DNA from: an uncultured Clostridium sp.
Lineage (GTDB): Bacteria > Bacillota > Clostridia > TANB77 > CAG-508
Direction: 5' to 3'
Assembly (NCBI GenBank): GCA_945865665.1
Contig: CAMBEE010000001.1
Span: 161,548 to 225,547 of the forward strand
Length of the DNA: 64,000 bases
Shown: in pieces, positions 33,854 to 44,811 of the stretch
Layout of the letters: each line of letters starts with the position of its first letter
Numbering within the stretch: the first letter of the stretch is position 1
The notes under the pieces: model-generated
Told to the model about the DNA's origin: nothing
Seen by the model: only the letters and a program-made list of their open reading frames with translations
Database searches by the model: none
Made by a program: the position numbers and the translations under genes

Positions 33854-34573
33854 TTATACCTCTTTAAATACATTTCCTAAAGTTTCATTTATTACTAAAT
33901 CAGCTTTATTATCATACATTGTTTTATCCTTATTTATAAGTACAAGATGTTTTCCTCTAAAATAGTTTATTAGACTACTTGCTGGTTGTACTGTTAATGA
34001 TGTACCTGCTACTATCATTAAATCTGCGTTTTGTATATGATGGATAGAACCATATAATGTACTTTCATCAAGCCCTTCTTCATATAGAACCACATCAGGT
34101 TTAATTATACCTCCACAACTGCATTTAGGAATGTTATCGCTTCCAAATACATATTTTGCATCGTAAAATTTATTGCATTTCATACAGTAATTTCTTAAAA
34201 CACTACCATGCAATTCATAAACATTCTTAGACCCAGCCTTTTGATGTAAGCCATCTATGTTTTGTGTTATTATTGCTTTTAATTTTCCTTTATTTTCAAG
34301 TTCTGCTAACTTTAGATGTGTAATATTAGGTTGATATTTTAGTGAGTTCATTTTTGCTTTATAAAACTTGTAGAATTCATCTGTATTATTTATAAAGAAA
34401 GTATGACTTAATATAGTTTCTGGAGGATATTTATATTGTTGATTATATAATCCATCTTTACTTCTAAAATCAGGAATTCCGCTTTCTGTTGAAACACCTG
34501 CACCTCCAAAAAATACAACATTATTGCTTTCTTGTATGTATTCTTTTAACTTTTCTATTTTCTTGTTCATCAT
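33854..34573 (-). CDS. cobB: Sir2-family NAD-dependent deacylase
   Basis: GAGVSTESGIPDFR, TQNIDGLH, ELHG, KPDVVLY, GTSL. Confidence 0.95.
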   Translation of the reverse strand: MMNKKIEKLKEYIQESNNVVFFGGAGVSTESGIPDFRSKDGLYNQQYKYPPETILSHTFFINNTDEFYKFYKAKMNSLKYQPNITHLKLAELENKGKLKAIITQNIDGLHQKAGSKNVYELHGSVLRNYCMKCNKFYDAKYVFGSDNIPKCSCGGIIKPDVVLYEEGLDESTLYGSIHHIQNADLMIVAGTSLTVQPASSLINYFRGKHLVLINKDKTMYDNKADLVINETLGNVFKEV

Positions 34574-34616
34574 AACCATTCCTTTATCTTTGTACTAAAT
34601 ATATACCATAATATCA

Positions 34617-35111
34617 CTAATTTTTTTGTGCCTTTATATAATTATCTGCTTCTTCCCTAGATTTAAAAACAATTATATTATGATTCATTTTATATTTATC
34701 TAATAATTTATAAATTTGTGGTAACTTTTCATTAGCAAAATTAATAATACATTGTTCAAAGTTTTCATCTAATTTTTCTTCTATCCAAGGTAAATCTTCT
34801 CTCTTTTTTCCGATTCGTGATTTTGCACCTTCGAGACATACTTCGGTTGGAAAATCCAATAAAAATACTGTATCACATTCTTTCAATCTTATTTCCAGTG
34901 TTCTCTGATAATTTCCATCTATTATCCAATCATTATTGCTAAATATTTCTCTTAATTTATCTTCAAGTTTTTCTTTTGAAATATGTGTTCCATCGGGCTT
35001 ATGATATAACATATCTAAATGATATAATGGTAAACCTGTGATATCACTTAACTTTTGTGAGAATATACTTTTCCCTGCTCCTGGGCTTCCAATAACGATT
35101 ATTTTTGACAT
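34617..35111 (-). CDS. P-loop kinase (adenylate kinase/FlaR-like)
   Basis: GSPGAGKS, HLD, WIIDGNY. Confidence 0.85.
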   Translation of the reverse strand: MSKIIVIGSPGAGKSIFSQKLSDITGLPLYHLDMLYHKPDGTHISKEKLEDKLREIFSNNDWIIDGNYQRTLEIRLKECDTVFLLDFPTEVCLEGAKSRIGKKREDLPWIEEKLDENFEQCIINFANEKLPQIYKLLDKYKMNHNIIVFKSREEADNYIKAQKN

Positions 35112-35209
35112 TTTATCCTCCTAAAATATTTACAACTGTTCATAGTTATTTTTATTTATAATTCTTTTAAAAAATATAACATAAAAAACAGTAATTGTAA
35201 ATTACTGCT

Positions 35210-35626
35210 TTAATTAAAATTTATTTCTAAAATATCATAAATTGGTATTTCTTCTTTTGTATCCAAAATAATTATTTTAATATCTTCATCAATTTTACTA
35301 ACAACACCATAAGTTTTAATATATGCTCCACCATCTTTTGTCTTATCTTTAATAAAATATGTAAAATTTACATTTATTTTATCTTTTATATTTGTTTTTA
35401 TTTTTTGAAGTTTTCTATTTAATTCTTCTTTTACTTCTTCTTCCAATTCTATTTTTTTATCTGTTAATCTTACAGTTTCCCTTAATTCACTTTCATAACC
35501 TGTTAGGGCTGCAAAAGGTGCAAATTGTGCAGCTCTATTTTGTATAGACATTCTTGGATGTACTTTTGAAACATGATGTGGTAAATTTATAATATCATCG
35601 TATTTATGTTTTTCTTCATAACTCAT
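35210..35626 (-). CDS. YolD-like protein
   Basis: YDDIINLPHH.S..HPRMS...RAAQFAPFAALTGY; downstream of a Y-family polymerase. Confidence 0.85.
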   Translation of the reverse strand: MSYEEKHKYDDIINLPHHVSKVHPRMSIQNRAAQFAPFAALTGYESELRETVRLTDKKIELEEEVKEELNRKLQKIKTNIKDKINVNFTYFIKDKTKDGGAYIKTYGVVSKIDEDIKIIILDTKEEIPIYDILEINFN

Positions 35627-35650
35627 ATTATCAATCTTCTTTCTTTTTTA

Positions 35651-37132
35651 TTATTCACTATGTCCTCCAATTTGAGCATTCCTTTGTATTGTAGTTCCCG
35701 CTTCTTCAAAATTCATTGCTTTTAAGATAGAATTTTTACCATATTTCTTTTTTATATCTATAATTGCGTGTTGTAATTTATTCTCTTTTAATCTGTGTTC
35801 TTCCTTTTTAAGTTCATCATCTAAATTACTAAACAAATTTATTTGCTCATGTTGTTTTTCTTTTGAAATTTCATTTTCGCTTTTAACATTATTAGCAACT
35901 ATCGTTATTCTTCTTACTAGCAAATCTTTATTTATAATTCTTTCATATAGTTCAATTGATGCTTCCAGTATTTCTTTTGTTGATGATGTATATTCTTTTA
36001 AATTTATAGTACCATGTGCGTGTTTTGGAACACTTCTACCATATCTATCTATTGTTATTTCTCCGTTATAATTTAGATTATTAGTATCAAGATTAGATAT
36101 ATCATATCCAATCGTTAAAACAATCTGTTTTGTCATTAAATGTTTATCAACTAGGTCTAATACAAGTAAATCTGCCATCTCTTTTACAATTAATTTTGTT
36201 TGTTTATAATTATATGGACAATGTAAAACTTGTCCAGAACTTAAACTATTAGAACTTGGCTTATATGATTTTATATCTTTTAAAGTACATGGTTCATATC
36301 CCCATGCATGATCAATTAAGAGTTCTGCATTAATACCAAATAATTTATATAATAATTCTTCATTATTTATTGAACATCTTGCTATATCTCCCATTGTATA
36401 TAGATTATTCTTTTCAAGTTTTTTGCTATATCCACTTCCTACTCTCCAAAAGTCTGTAAGAGGTCTATGATTCCAAAGAGTTCTTCTATATATTTCTTCA
36501 TTTAATTCTGCAATTCTAACACCGTATTGATTTGGCTTTACATGTTTTGCAACTATATCCATAGCAATTTTTGCTAAATATGGATTTGTTCCTATTCCAC
36601 CTGTCGCAGTTATTCCTGTTGTTTTATATACATCTTGAATCATAGTTGTAACCATTTCTTCCGGTGTCATTTTCATTGTTTTAAGATATCTTGTTATATC
36701 AATAAAAACTTCATCTATTGAATATGGATAAATATCTTCAGGTGAAACATATTTAAGATAAATATTATATATTTGAGTGCTATATTTCATATAATATGCC
36801 ATTCTTGGCTTTGCTACTATATAATCTAATTCTAATCTTGGATTTTTTAATAGTTCAGGATTATTATATGATTTTCCAGTAAATTGATAAATATGTGCTT
36901 TACTTCTTCTTTCAAAATTTATTTCATTCACTTTTTGTATTACTTCAAATAATCTTGCTCTACCTGGAATTCCATAACTTTTTAAAGATGGACTTACTGC
37001 TAAACATACTGTTTTTTCTGTTCTACTTTTATCTGCTACTACAAGATTAGTTGTTAATGGGTCTAAATTTCTTTCTCTACACTCTACAGATGCATAGAAA
37101 CTTTTTAAATCAATGCAACAATATATTGACAT
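35651..37132 (-). CDS. Y-family (UmuC/DinB-like) DNA polymerase
   Basis: CIDLKSFYASVEC, YSIDEVFID, LAKIAMD, QIGGH C-terminus. Confidence 0.93.
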   Translation of the reverse strand: MSIYCCIDLKSFYASVECRERNLDPLTTNLVVADKSRTEKTVCLAVSPSLKSYGIPGRARLFEVIQKVNEINFERRSKAHIYQFTGKSYNNPELLKNPRLELDYIVAKPRMAYYMKYSTQIYNIYLKYVSPEDIYPYSIDEVFIDITRYLKTMKMTPEEMVTTMIQDVYKTTGITATGGIGTNPYLAKIAMDIVAKHVKPNQYGVRIAELNEEIYRRTLWNHRPLTDFWRVGSGYSKKLEKNNLYTMGDIARCSINNEELLYKLFGINAELLIDHAWGYEPCTLKDIKSYKPSSNSLSSGQVLHCPYNYKQTKLIVKEMADLLVLDLVDKHLMTKQIVLTIGYDISNLDTNNLNYNGEITIDRYGRSVPKHAHGTINLKEYTSSTKEILEASIELYERIINKDLLVRRITIVANNVKSENEISKEKQHEQINLFSNLDDELKKEEHRLKENKLQHAIIDIKKKYGKNSILKAMNFEEAGTTIQRNAQIGGHSE

Positions 37133-37153
37133 TTTAATCGCCTCTTTTATTAC

Positions 37154-37165
37154 AAACTTATGTTT
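37154..37165. promoter_or_regulatory. Possible LexA (SOS) box
   Basis: AAAC-TTAT-GTTT about 20 bp upstream of the polymerase, near the Bacillota GAAC-N4-GTTY consensus. Confidence 0.45.
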
Positions 37166-37378
37166 TATATAAGTATAACATATAAAATACAATTTGTAAA
37201 CAATTGTTTGTAAATAGATATTAAACTATATTGTTAGAACAGCATTCATTTTTTACCATTTATTTTTCAAATTATAACATTTATATTTTTTTATTAATCA
37301 CATACATTTAATAATTACTTTTTTATTGAAAATATTTTTTTATAGCTATATACTTTTAGATAAGAAAGGGGGATAAAA

Positions 37379-37859
37379 ATGAATATCAAAATAAACACAA
37401 AATTTTCAGATAAATTAAATAAAGATGAATATGAAATAACAATAATGGCATCAGAAATGACTCCAGAATTATCTGTAATTATAAATAATATCCAAAATTT
37501 AGCAAACAAAAAAATTTCAATAATAACTGCTGAAAAAGATAACAAAATATATTTATTGGAAACTGAAAAAATTGAAAAATTTTATTCAAAAAATCAAAAT
37601 GTTTATTGTATGTATCAAAATAAATCTTACAAAATAAAGAAAAAACTTTACGAATTAGAGGAATTATTAGATAATAAAATTTTTATTCGCATTTCAAACT
37701 CTTGCATTATTAATATAAAACAAATAGAATGCTTTGATACACGGAATTATTGGCAATATTATTGTAAGATTTAAAGATAATTCAATAGAAAATGTATCAA
37801 AAAGAAGATTAAGCGAGGTAACAAAATTTTTAAAAGAAAGGTGGGATTGTTATGACTAA
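37379..37859 (+). CDS. LytTR-family regulator, +1 frameshift at CGG 37742-37744
   Basis: KKLYELEE, FIRISNSCIIN; the shifted frame gives GIIGNIIVRFKDNSIENVSKRR, matching paralog 39060..39518. Confidence 0.88.
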
Positions 37860-38397
37860 AAAAATAATTAAAGACATTATTCTAATAAGTTTAATAATCA
37901 ATTCTCTGCTTTGCTTAATATATAATATATATAATAATATAAAAAATCAAGAAATTTTAGATGAAATAACTTCAAAAACCATAAACAACGAAGAAATGCA
38001 AACTTTAACTTTTGATGTACAAAAAGGATATGATAATTATAGTTTTATACAAAATCAATATTCTCTTGGTAAAAGAGCAATTTTAGTAGATAATTTGATG
38101 ATTAGTATAATTTCACTAATAATAGGTATATTTGCAAGTTTAATTAGATCTATGGAAGATTCAAAATTAATTAAATATTTTTTAATTTTTATTTTGGGAA
38201 ATATATGTTTTAATATTCCATTAACTATGTTTTACAGCAAATTATACAATATAGCATTTATAAATGGATATTCTATAATACTAAAAAACACATTTGTTTT
38301 ATATACATTAATATTTTTTATTTGTCTTTTTATAAAAATTCTAATAGCTCAATATCATATAAAGAAAATGAATAATATTTTAAAAAATAAAGAATAA
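37852..38397 (+). CDS. Membrane protein paired with LytTR
   Basis: About 4 TM helices; overlaps the restored LytTR stop. Confidence 0.7.
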   Translation: MTKKIIKDIILISLIINSLLCLIYNIYNNIKNQEILDEITSKTINNEEMQTLTFDVQKGYDNYSFIQNQYSLGKRAILVDNLMISIISLIIGIFASLIRSMEDSKLIKYFLIFILGNICFNIPLTMFYSKLYNIAFINGYSIILKNTFVLYTLIFFICLFIKILIAQYHIKKMNNILKNKE

Positions 38398-38547
38398 TCT
38401 ATAAGTTTATAACGATATATAAAAATCAAAATTAAAAAATAGTTATTTTATTATAAATATTTTAATAGAAAGAGGGAAAGTCACAGATGATCACCCATTA
38501 AAGTAAACAAAGAATATTATAAAAAGGGACTTTACAATCCCTTTTTA

Positions 38548-38790
38548 TTAATATAATTCATTTGCTTCTGCTTGATTTATTAAATTTTGGCTCAAACTAT
38601 AATCAATTTGATTTTTTCTTTCATCATCATTTTCTATACTTTTTATATGATTTATCAATTGTGAATGTCCATCTTCAATTTTGCCATTTTCATTAAATAA
38701 GTATGATGTTGATATTTTAAAAATTCCAAAGACAATTGCAATAACCACAATTATAGCAATAACAATTATTATATTTTTTTTATTGTTCAT
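38548..38790 (-). CDS. Small membrane-anchored protein
   Basis: N-terminal TM helix. Confidence 0.65.
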   Translation of the reverse strand: MNNKKNIIIVIAIIVVIAIVFGIFKISTSYLFNENGKIEDGHSQLINHIKSIENDDERKNQIDYSLSQNLINQAEANELY

Positions 38791-39058
38791 TTTTTCTCAT
38801 CTCCTTTACTTTTTTTAATTGTTCATTTAGTTTTTTTATTGTAGCTTTTTTCTTCATATACATAATTATAAAAACAATAATATATACTAGAGCAAAGAAC
38901 AATAAATTATGTTTTATTGCTTCTATAAATAAACTTAAAATATTTGCATTATATTCACATAATTTTAATACAATAACTTCCGTAAAAGTAAATATAACAT
39001 TAAATATAAAATAGTATATTATAAAAAATACTATAACATTAAAAATTCTTTTTTTCAT
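38780..39058 (-). CDS. Small two-TM protein paired with LytTR
   Basis: Two TM helices, KKLNEQL tail; directly after LytTR. Confidence 0.65.
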   Translation of the reverse strand: MKKRIFNVIVFFIIYYFIFNVIFTFTEVIVLKLCEYNANILSLFIEAIKHNLLFFALVYIIVFIIMYMKKKATIKKLNEQLKKVKEMRKNEQ

Positions 39059-39059
39059 A

Positions 39060-39518
39060 TTATAAACTTTTATCCTCCAAAAAATTTAATACATCCTTTA
39101 TTCTTCGTCTTGAAACTGTTTCTTCTGTATTATCATATAATCTAACTATTATCTTTCCAGTTTGTCCCATATCAAAACATTTTACATAGTCTACATTAAC
39201 TACACACTTTTTAGAAATCCTAATAAAATTATCATCAATATTTTCAATTTCATATAGTTTGCTTTTTATTTTATATGTCTTATTATCAATAGTTTTACAA
39301 TAATTGTTTTTTCCGTTACTATAAAATAAAACTATATTTTTATAATCTATGTAAAATGACTTATAGTTTTCTGTAACTATTACTTTGTTTGTTTTATAAT
39401 TAGCTATATAATCAAAAATCTTCTTGGTTTCATTATTTCTTGAATTTGATTCAATTATAATATTTATTTCATTACCTTTAATATTTGTATTTATTTGTTC
39501 TGAAATTTTTATTCCCAT
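39060..39518 (-). CDS. LytTR-family regulator
   Basis: KSKLYEIE, FIRISKKCVVN, VSRRRI. Confidence 0.9.
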   Translation of the reverse strand: MGIKISEQINTNIKGNEINIIIESNSRNNETKKIFDYIANYKTNKVIVTENYKSFYIDYKNIVLFYSNGKNNYCKTIDNKTYKIKSKLYEIENIDDNFIRISKKCVVNVDYVKCFDMGQTGKIIVRLYDNTEETVSRRRIKDVLNFLEDKSL

Positions 39519-39610
39519 CTTTTCCTTTCTCCATATTTGAATTATATATCTAAAAAATTTTTATATCAATACTTTATAGATAAACGGTTAAAATTTAAGA
39601 TGACTGGATT

Positions 39611-40273
39611 TTATACTATCTTTCCATCTTCTATTTTTATAATTCTATCAGCCAATTTGGCAATTTCTAAATTATGTGTAATCATAATAATTGTTTGCTT
39701 ATAATCTTTATTTGCCTTTTTTAATAATTGCATAATTTCATTACTTGATTTAGAATCCAAATTTCCTGTTGGCTCATCTGCTAAAATTATTATTGGATTT
39801 ATTATTAATGCTCTACCTATTGCAACCTTTTGTTGTTGTCCTCCTGATAATTCATTTGGCAAATGATCTTCTCTATTTTTTAAATTTAAAAATTCAATTA
39901 TTTCATCTAGTTTGTTATCATCCACTTTTCTATTATCTAATTCTATTGGTAATGTTATATTTTCTTTAACATTCAATGTGGGAATTAAATTATAAAATTG
40001 ATAAACTATTCCTATTTTTTGTCTTCGTAATATTGTAAGTTCTTTTTTATTCATTTTGTATATATCTTTATCATAAAAATATACATTTCCATTTGTTGCT
40101 CTTTCTAGTCCTGCAATAGAATGTAATAATGTTGATTTTCCACTACCAGAAGGTCCAATTATTGCAATAAATTCACCTTCTTCTACATCAAAAGATATAT
40201 TGTCTAATGCTCTAACTTCTGTATTCCCTTTTCCATAAATTTTGCTTAAATTTTCTACTTTCAAGATTTTCAT
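39611..40273 (-). CDS. ABC transporter ATP-binding protein (LolD/MacB type)
   Basis: GPSGSGKST, LSGGQQQ, ADEPTGNLD; start ATG 40273 after GGAGG. Confidence 0.95.
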   Translation of the reverse strand: MKILKVENLSKIYGKGNTEVRALDNISFDVEEGEFIAIIGPSGSGKSTLLHSIAGLERATNGNVYFYDKDIYKMNKKELTILRRQKIGIVYQFYNLIPTLNVKENITLPIELDNRKVDDNKLDEIIEFLNLKNREDHLPNELSGGQQQKVAIGRALIINPIIILADEPTGNLDSKSSNEIMQLLKKANKDYKQTIIMITHNLEIAKLADRIIKIEDGKIV

Positions 40274-42573
40274 TGTTTCCTCCCATAATTTATTTCTTTT
40301 TTTATAAACTTTGTAGCATATAAAAATATTATTAAAGATATAATAAATAGTCCTAAAATAAATAAGCTTATATTGCCAAATGGTATTAATATTTTGTCTA
40401 AAATAATAATGTTTTTCATATAGTTTATAATAAGATACAAAATAGGAATAGATAAAATACTTGTTATTATAAGTGATTTTATAAACATATATATACATTC
40501 ATATATTACAATTTTATTTATATTTTCTTCTGTAGCTCCTACAATATCTAAAACTTTAAATTCCTGTTTTCTTTCACATAAACTGGCATTTATGATATTT
40601 ATTGTACTTATTATTCCAATTATAACTATTGCTACCACAATAATATTTAATATAAATTGAATTATTTTTATATATATAATCTTTTCTTGATTTTCCAATG
40701 AATAATACTCTGCATAAATTCCTATGTTTTGTTTTTTGACAACATTATCAATATAATTTGAAAAATTTATAATATTCTTACATTTTATTTTTACTGATAT
40801 TTCATCAAAATCACTTACAATCCACTTTTCAATTTCATATCCGTCATTACTTTTATAATTAGAATTTATTTTTTCAATTTCATTATATTTTTTCATATTT
40901 GTAAAAATAATTGGTGAAAAATATTTTGTTTGTAATTCTCTAAATCCTGCTATATTTTCATCTACTATTACAAAATTACCGTCTAAATTTCCATTATCTA
41001 TTTTTTTAAATCTATTTATTTCATTTTCGTTATCCTGGTATGTTGCAATAAGGCTTAAATTTAAATCACACTTTGTTTTTAATGCTTGATTATTTGTATA
41101 AATTAAATCTTGTCCTTCCAAAATTTCAGTTACATTATTATAAATTATATTGTCTCCATAATTTGCATTTAATTTTTCTATGTAATTTTTATATGTTTCA
41201 TCATTTAATCCAATAAGAACCATATGCATACCTTTGTTGCCATCATCATATGTTACAGCATTATCTGTTAAAACTGCTTGGTTTGGCTCTACTAAAACTG
41301 TTATCCCTGTAAGTTTATATTCTATATATTCAATTTTATCTCCTGTTTTATTTTCATAATCATTTAATATTTTTTTATAATTTATATTTTGTGTAGAATC
41401 TATTATTAATTTTGCATCCGAATCATATTTATTTACAATTTTTGCAGTTTCTTTTTCATATTGAATATATGTGCTTACTACTATATATGAAGTCATACAT
41501 ATTACAAGTAATATTGTTATGATTACATATTTACTTTTATTTCTTTTTATATTTTTTATAGCTATTTTTCCTTCAATTGCTAATATTCTTTCCATAATTG
41601 TATTATTTTTATGTTTTATTTGTTTATTATTCCTAATATTTTGCATAACAGATGTTGTGCTTGCTTTTACAATTGGTATTATTGAAGATATGAAAATATT
41701 AAATATTATAATTCCTAAAGAAAGTATTATATATTTTATATCAATTATTAATTTAAAATAATATCCTGTACTTTCTAATATATTATTTAACAATTTTAAA
41801 ATTATATTTGCTTCCAAAATTGATATTACTCCACCTACGCAAATTCCTATTATTCCCATTATACATCCTTCTAGTAATATCATTTTTAATATTTGTGCTT
41901 CTGTTCCACCTATGCTGTTTAAAACAGCGTATTCTTTTTTTCTCTCATTTATTGTTATTAAAAAGGCATTATATAAAATTATTATAAATAATACTGAAAT
42001 TGCTATTAGCATAATCGTAATCATTAATTCTATAACATATGAATAGTTTACTCTTGCAATACATTTAGGATTATAGTTTTCTGTTGCAATTTCAACATCA
42101 ATAATTCCATATATAGTTAGCAATTTCTGATTAAATTCGCATTTATTTTTAGAACTTAAAAGTATATCATTTGATATATTTAATGTCTGTAATATATCAT
42201 TTGAATATTTACAAACTTCTTTAACATTTTTATATTTGATATATAAATTCATCTTTTCTTGATTAGTATTTATGTCATAATTCTTATCTACTCTTTTAAG
42301 ATTTTTATTGCTATCCTCTTGAATATATATTTTTTCAATATATTCTTTATCTTTTATCTTATTAAAATCTTCACTATTTAGGTCTCTTAATATAATATGA
42401 TAATCATTATATTCTTTTTCAGAAAGTTCTTTTATACCATTTTTCACACTACTAACTAACATTGTTGTAAGAAATATTAGTATTGAACACATCATTATTG
42501 ATATAGTTGTAAAGGATGTTCTTTTTTTATTTTTTTTTATATTGTTTAATGTTAATTTAAGTTCTATTTTCAT
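40270..42573 (-). CDS. ABC transporter permease (FtsX-like)
   Basis: Two FtsX repeats: IYNAF...ERKKEYAVLNSIG and ERKQEFKVLDIVGAT. Confidence 0.9.
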   Translation of the reverse strand: MKIELKLTLNNIKKNKKRTSFTTISIMMCSILIFLTTMLVSSVKNGIKELSEKEYNDYHIILRDLNSEDFNKIKDKEYIEKIYIQEDSNKNLKRVDKNYDINTNQEKMNLYIKYKNVKEVCKYSNDILQTLNISNDILLSSKNKCEFNQKLLTIYGIIDVEIATENYNPKCIARVNYSYVIELMITIMLIAISVLFIIILYNAFLITINERKKEYAVLNSIGGTEAQILKMILLEGCIMGIIGICVGGVISILEANIILKLLNNILESTGYYFKLIIDIKYIILSLGIIIFNIFISSIIPIVKASTTSVMQNIRNNKQIKHKNNTIMERILAIEGKIAIKNIKRNKSKYVIITILLVICMTSYIVVSTYIQYEKETAKIVNKYDSDAKLIIDSTQNINYKKILNDYENKTGDKIEYIEYKLTGITVLVEPNQAVLTDNAVTYDDGNKGMHMVLIGLNDETYKNYIEKLNANYGDNIIYNNVTEILEGQDLIYTNNQALKTKCDLNLSLIATYQDNENEINRFKKIDNGNLDGNFVIVDENIAGFRELQTKYFSPIIFTNMKKYNEIEKINSNYKSNDGYEIEKWIVSDFDEISVKIKCKNIINFSNYIDNVVKKQNIGIYAEYYSLENQEKIIYIKIIQFILNIIVVAIVIIGIISTINIINASLCERKQEFKVLDIVGATEENINKIVIYECIYMFIKSLIITSILSIPILYLIINYMKNIIILDKILIPFGNISLFILGLFIISLIIFLYATKFIKKEINYGRKQ

Positions 42574-42834
42574 TTTTTCCTCCTTGTAAAATAGCATGTT
42601 TATCTTCTAAATAAATGTAGATGTTATATATATATCATTTATAAATATAAAACATCAATAAATCTTTACGTTTTTTTGTTTGTAAATCCATTTATCTTTA
42701 CAAATTTACCATTTATCCTTAACTTTTTATAAAGATTCATTCTAACTTTTAAACTAAATACTTAAATTGAAAATTAATCATTCAATATAAAAAGAGCCTA
42801 TTAGGGCTCAATGTCTACACTTATATTTAATTTT

Positions 42835-43440
42835 TTATTTTATTAAAATCCCATTATCTTTGTTCCATATTTCCTTTAAGTTACCTTTTCTATCTTTTAA
42901 ACATACTCTTTCCGTATCTTTATTTATGTTAAAGGAAAACACTGTTCTACTAGGCTTAGAAAAATAAGTAAATTTTCCTACTGGTATAATATATATATCC
43001 TTTCCATTTGTTGTATCATATTCAAAATTCAAATTAAACTTTGTGTCTATCACATTAAACTGTAATTCTATTGTATTTTCATCTATTTTTTCTTCCGTAT
43101 TATAAGTAATATAAATTTTATTTATATCAACATCAAAATTAAATTTTGATAATATTTCTTGTAAGAACAAAAATAACATTAAAATAATAATTATAAAAAT
43201 ACATATAGTTTTAATAATTGCTATTTTCTTTTCTTTTCTAAAACCTTTTAAGTAATCAATTTGTTCATCTTGATTAAATAACTCTGTATCGATTTCTTTA
43301 TTCATCTCTTCTAGTATTTTTGAACATTTGTTACAACTTTGCAAATGATTTTCCACCAGTTTGTTTGTTGTCTCACTCGTTATTTTATCTACATAACTTG
43401 GCAATAAATCTTTTATAACATCACAATCCATTCCTTTCAT
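42835..43440 (-). CDS. Zinc-finger (ZAS) anti-sigma factor
   Basis: CDVIKDLLPSYVD...HLQSCNKC, then a TM helix. Confidence 0.88.
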   Translation of the reverse strand: MKGMDCDVIKDLLPSYVDKITSETTNKLVENHLQSCNKCSKILEEMNKEIDTELFNQDEQIDYLKGFRKEKKIAIIKTICIFIIIILMLFLFLQEILSKFNFDVDINKIYITYNTEEKIDENTIELQFNVIDTKFNLNFEYDTTNGKDIYIIPVGKFTYFSKPSRTVFSFNINKDTERVCLKDRKGNLKEIWNKDNGILIK

Positions 43441-43919
43441 AGTAATTCCTCCTTTATTAATTTTTGTTTTCCTCGAAAAAATGTAACCTTTGCCCAATTT
43501 TCAGTTTTGTTTAATATTTTTCCAATTTCTTTAAATGTTAAATCTCCCGTTAATCTTAGATACATTACTTCTCTAGTATTAACATCTAATTTTTGAAGAG
43601 CTTCAAATAATTTTAATTTGTTATCTTTGTTGATATATTCTTCTTCCAGTATTTTATTGTCGGCAAATTCTAATTCATCAATAGAAATCATTTTAATTTT
43701 GTTATTTTTATTTATTTTTTTATATAAAATTTTCTTTGCAATAGAAAATAACCATACTGAAATTTCACAATCTCCGCGAAATTTATTTATTTGATTAATT
43801 GCAACTATAAATGTCTCTTGCATAATATCTTCTGCTAAATTCATATCTTTTGTAATGCAAAATATGTATTTTTTTACTGCATTTGCATACTTATTATATA
43901 TTTCTTCTACACTTTCCAT
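43437..43919 (-). CDS. ECF sigma factor
   Basis: AEDIMQETF, WLFSIAK, LTFKEIG...WAKVTFFRGK. Confidence 0.93.
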   Translation of the reverse strand: MESVEEIYNKYANAVKKYIFCITKDMNLAEDIMQETFIVAINQINKFRGDCEISVWLFSIAKKILYKKINKNNKIKMISIDELEFADNKILEEEYINKDNKLKLFEALQKLDVNTREVMYLRLTGDLTFKEIGKILNKTENWAKVTFFRGKQKLIKEELL

Positions 43920-44178
43920 TATTTTTACTCTCCTACTAATATAGTGTCATTTTTTACTAAAATAGTTACAACTTTTTTAATTTTATTATAATTTTTTCAA
44001 TATCTAAAAATATAACTACAAACAGACAATCTTTTATGATTGCCTGTTTGTAACCTAATCAAATATTATTTCTAAAATTGAAGATAAGGACGTTATATAA
44101 CATCACTACAACTCCAATTTATTTTGTTAATTAATAACTTTGTTTGAATATTTCATTTTCTAGTTCTCTTTCTTCTTA

Positions 44179-44811
44179 TTATTTCATTAAAATTACACCT
44201 TTTGTTGTTGGATATAATAATTTTATAAATTCAATTGCATCTTGTTCTGTTCCAACTACACTTCCATAATGAATAGGTACTGCAACTTTAGGCTTTATAA
44301 TATTTATTAGTTGTACTGCCTCTTTAAAATCCATTGTATATGTTCCACCAACCGGAACAAATGCAACATCACATTTTACTTTTTTATTTTCTTCAGTAAT
44401 ATCTGTATCTCCTGCTATATAATATCTAATACCTTTTATTTCTATAATATAGCCTAGCCAATTATTTTCTTTTGGGTGAAAAGGCTTGTTTATATTATAA
44501 GCTGGAACTGCCTCAATTTTTATATCATCAATTATCTCTGTGTCTCCTGGATCAAGCGTAAAAATATTTTCTTGATTTATTCCTTTTTCAAGTAATTTAG
44601 TTAATAAATTATCAGGAATGACAAAAATAGAATTAGACTTTCTTACTTTATCTATATCATCTTCAGAATAATGGTCATAATGGTCATGTGTTATAAAAAT
44701 AATATCAGCATCATTATAATTTTTTTCTATATTATATGGATCTATATAAATAATTTTTTCTTTACTTATTTTTATACAGCTATGATATAAAACTTCTATA
44801 TCTTTTAACAT
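44179..44811 (-). CDS. MBL-fold metallo-hydrolase (copy 2)
   Basis: Near-identical to 29217..29861. Confidence 0.92.
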   Translation of the reverse strand: MLKDIEVLYHSCIKISKEKIIYIDPYNIEKNYNDADIIFITHDHYDHYSEDDIDKVRKSNSIFVIPDNLLTKLLEKGINQENIFTLDPGDTEIIDDIKIEAVPAYNINKPFHPKENNWLGYIIEIKGIRYYIAGDTDITEENKKVKCDVAFVPVGGTYTMDFKEAVQLINIIKPKVAVPIHYGSVVGTEQDAIEFIKLLYPTTKGVILMK

